16,703 nt of DNA, taken from the NCBI GenBank assembly GCA_049700215.1, contig JBNAVT010000029.1, forward strand, positions 1-16,703. The letters run 5' to 3'. Positions within the stretch are counted from its first letter, which is position 1; each line of letters begins with the position of its first letter. Below are positions 15,803 to 16,703 of the stretch, in pieces. A model generated the notes under the pieces. That model made no database searches. It was not told where the DNA came from and was given only the letters and a program-made list of their open reading frames with translations. Source of the DNA: Thermoproteota archaeon. Lineage in GTDB: Archaea; Thermoproteota; EX4484-205; JAAOZP01. The position numbers and the translations under genes were made by a program.

Positions 15803-16703
15803 GTGATAAGAAGGCTGAGGCTGTGGAACTTCAGGGGTGTGAAAAGGGGGGAGGCTAGGCTTGCACCCTTCACGATTATCCTAGGCGGCAACAACTCTGG
15901 CAAGACGACTCTTCTCGAAGCCCTGTTCCTCGCTCCAAACCCTTTCCGTAGAGCCCCTTATTCCGGAGTCGACGTGGCGGTTAAGATACTGCACGAGCTG
16001 CACAAGGTTTTCGAAAGCACAGGCTACTTCTTCCTTTTCCACAACTACACTTCGGGCAAAGCAGGAATCCAGTGCGACAGCCACGTGATACGTTTCATCA
16101 GGGATAATGAAATGATTTACGTCACTACGAATAAGAGCGACACTGGCCAGTGCATAATGCTTAACGGTAAGCCGACTCAGGTTTTAGGAAAACTGTCTTT
16201 CACGCTTACCAACATAGTATTCATGTACGTTAACGATAAGGTGACCAAGGAGGATTCTCTGCTTCTCAGCCCGAGCCTTACAAAGATGAGCTACAATTAC
16301 CTGAGGATAAACTGGCCCCTTCTTGCTCACAGCGATGTTTGCAGCAAGATTGCTGAAGAATTGTCTCAGCTTGTTGGCGAAAAGTGCGTCGACATAACTA
16401 TGGAGCCCTTCTTCAAAGGAGGAATGTCGTTGAACCTTCTTCTCGAAGACGAGAGGAGGATAAGGCTCAGCGACGCTGGAACAGGGGTTCAGAACTATGT
16501 TACGGCGAGAATCCTATATGAGTTGAATAAGCCTGGGATACTGCTCTGGGACGATTTTGAGAACAGCCTTGATTCAGCCACGCTTTCAAGCGTCTCAGGC
16601 TGGCTATCAAGCCTTGTTGAAAAAGGCGTTCAAGTCGTTGTAACCACCCGCAGCCCGGAGGCCGCGGGAAGGATTGCGGCAGCTGCCGGAGGCAAACCGA
16701 TGA
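15803..16703 (+). CDS. AAA_15/AAA_21-type (ABC-superfamily, non-transporter) ATPase, partial at the window end
   Basis: Manual translation from GTG 15803, open for 300 codons: MIRRLRLWNFRGVK..FTIILGGNNSGKTTLLEAL (Walker A), 'RLSDAGTG', 'ILLWDDFENSLD' (Walker B), 'QVVVTTRS'. Absent from the ORF track because no stop is reached. Confidence 0.88.
   Translation, partial: MIRRLRLWNFRGVKRGEARLAPFTIILGGNNSGKTTLLEALFLAPNPFRRAPYSGVDVAVKILHELHKVFESTGYFFLFHNYTSGKAGIQCDSHVIRFIRDNEMIYVTTNKSDTGQCIMLNGKPTQVLGKLSFTLTNIVFMYVNDKVTKEDSLLLSPSLTKMSYNYLRINWPLLAHSDVCSKIAEELSQLVGEKCVDITMEPFFKGGMSLNLLLEDERRIRLSDAGTGVQNYVTARILYELNKPGILLWDDFENSLDSATLSSVSGWLSSLVEKGVQVVVTTRSPEAAGRIAAAAGGKPM

Noticed and set aside
589-16084. 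Short antisense or alternative-frame ORFs in the track (e.g. 5788..6237, 8214..8711, 8961..9314, 14460..14753, 15881..16084)
   Set aside because: They overlap well-supported genes or pseudogenes and show no recognisable motifs.
1-16703. tRNA, rRNA or other structured RNA genes
   Set aside because: No cloverleaf or rRNA-like sequence recognised in the intergenic regions by eye; a covariance-model search was not possible.

Overview
Archaeal-looking region (TATA-like boxes, GGAGG/GAGGTG RBS, SBP with a C-terminal TM anchor), rich in carbohydrate-use genes. A thermophilic TACK lineage such as Brockarchaeota or Bathyarchaeia is an inference only. Intact genes: OppA- and OppB-like ABC components, a GHL10/YddW-like hydrolase, a GH3 beta-glucosidase, a zinc-ribbon/DUF4342 protein, a URO-D/MtaA-family protein, a cupin, a Zn-dependent dehydrogenase, a GH141-like beta-helix protein, and an AAA_15-type ATPase that runs off the right end. 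Many broken genes lie between them. The main signal is a short palindrome, TA(GC)nT (best copy TTAGCGCGCGCTAA), with about 9 recognisable copies. I saw none inside an intact gene, and it repeatedly sits where a gene is cut off. The clearest case is at 53-69, where it joins the N-terminus of oppC directly to the last residues of an oppD/F ATPase, marking a deletion junction. Two clusters carry the motif at roughly 65-85 bp spacing. This suggests a possibly undescribed deletion, end-joining or recombination process that leaves a (GC)n signature. An assembly or library artefact must be excluded first.
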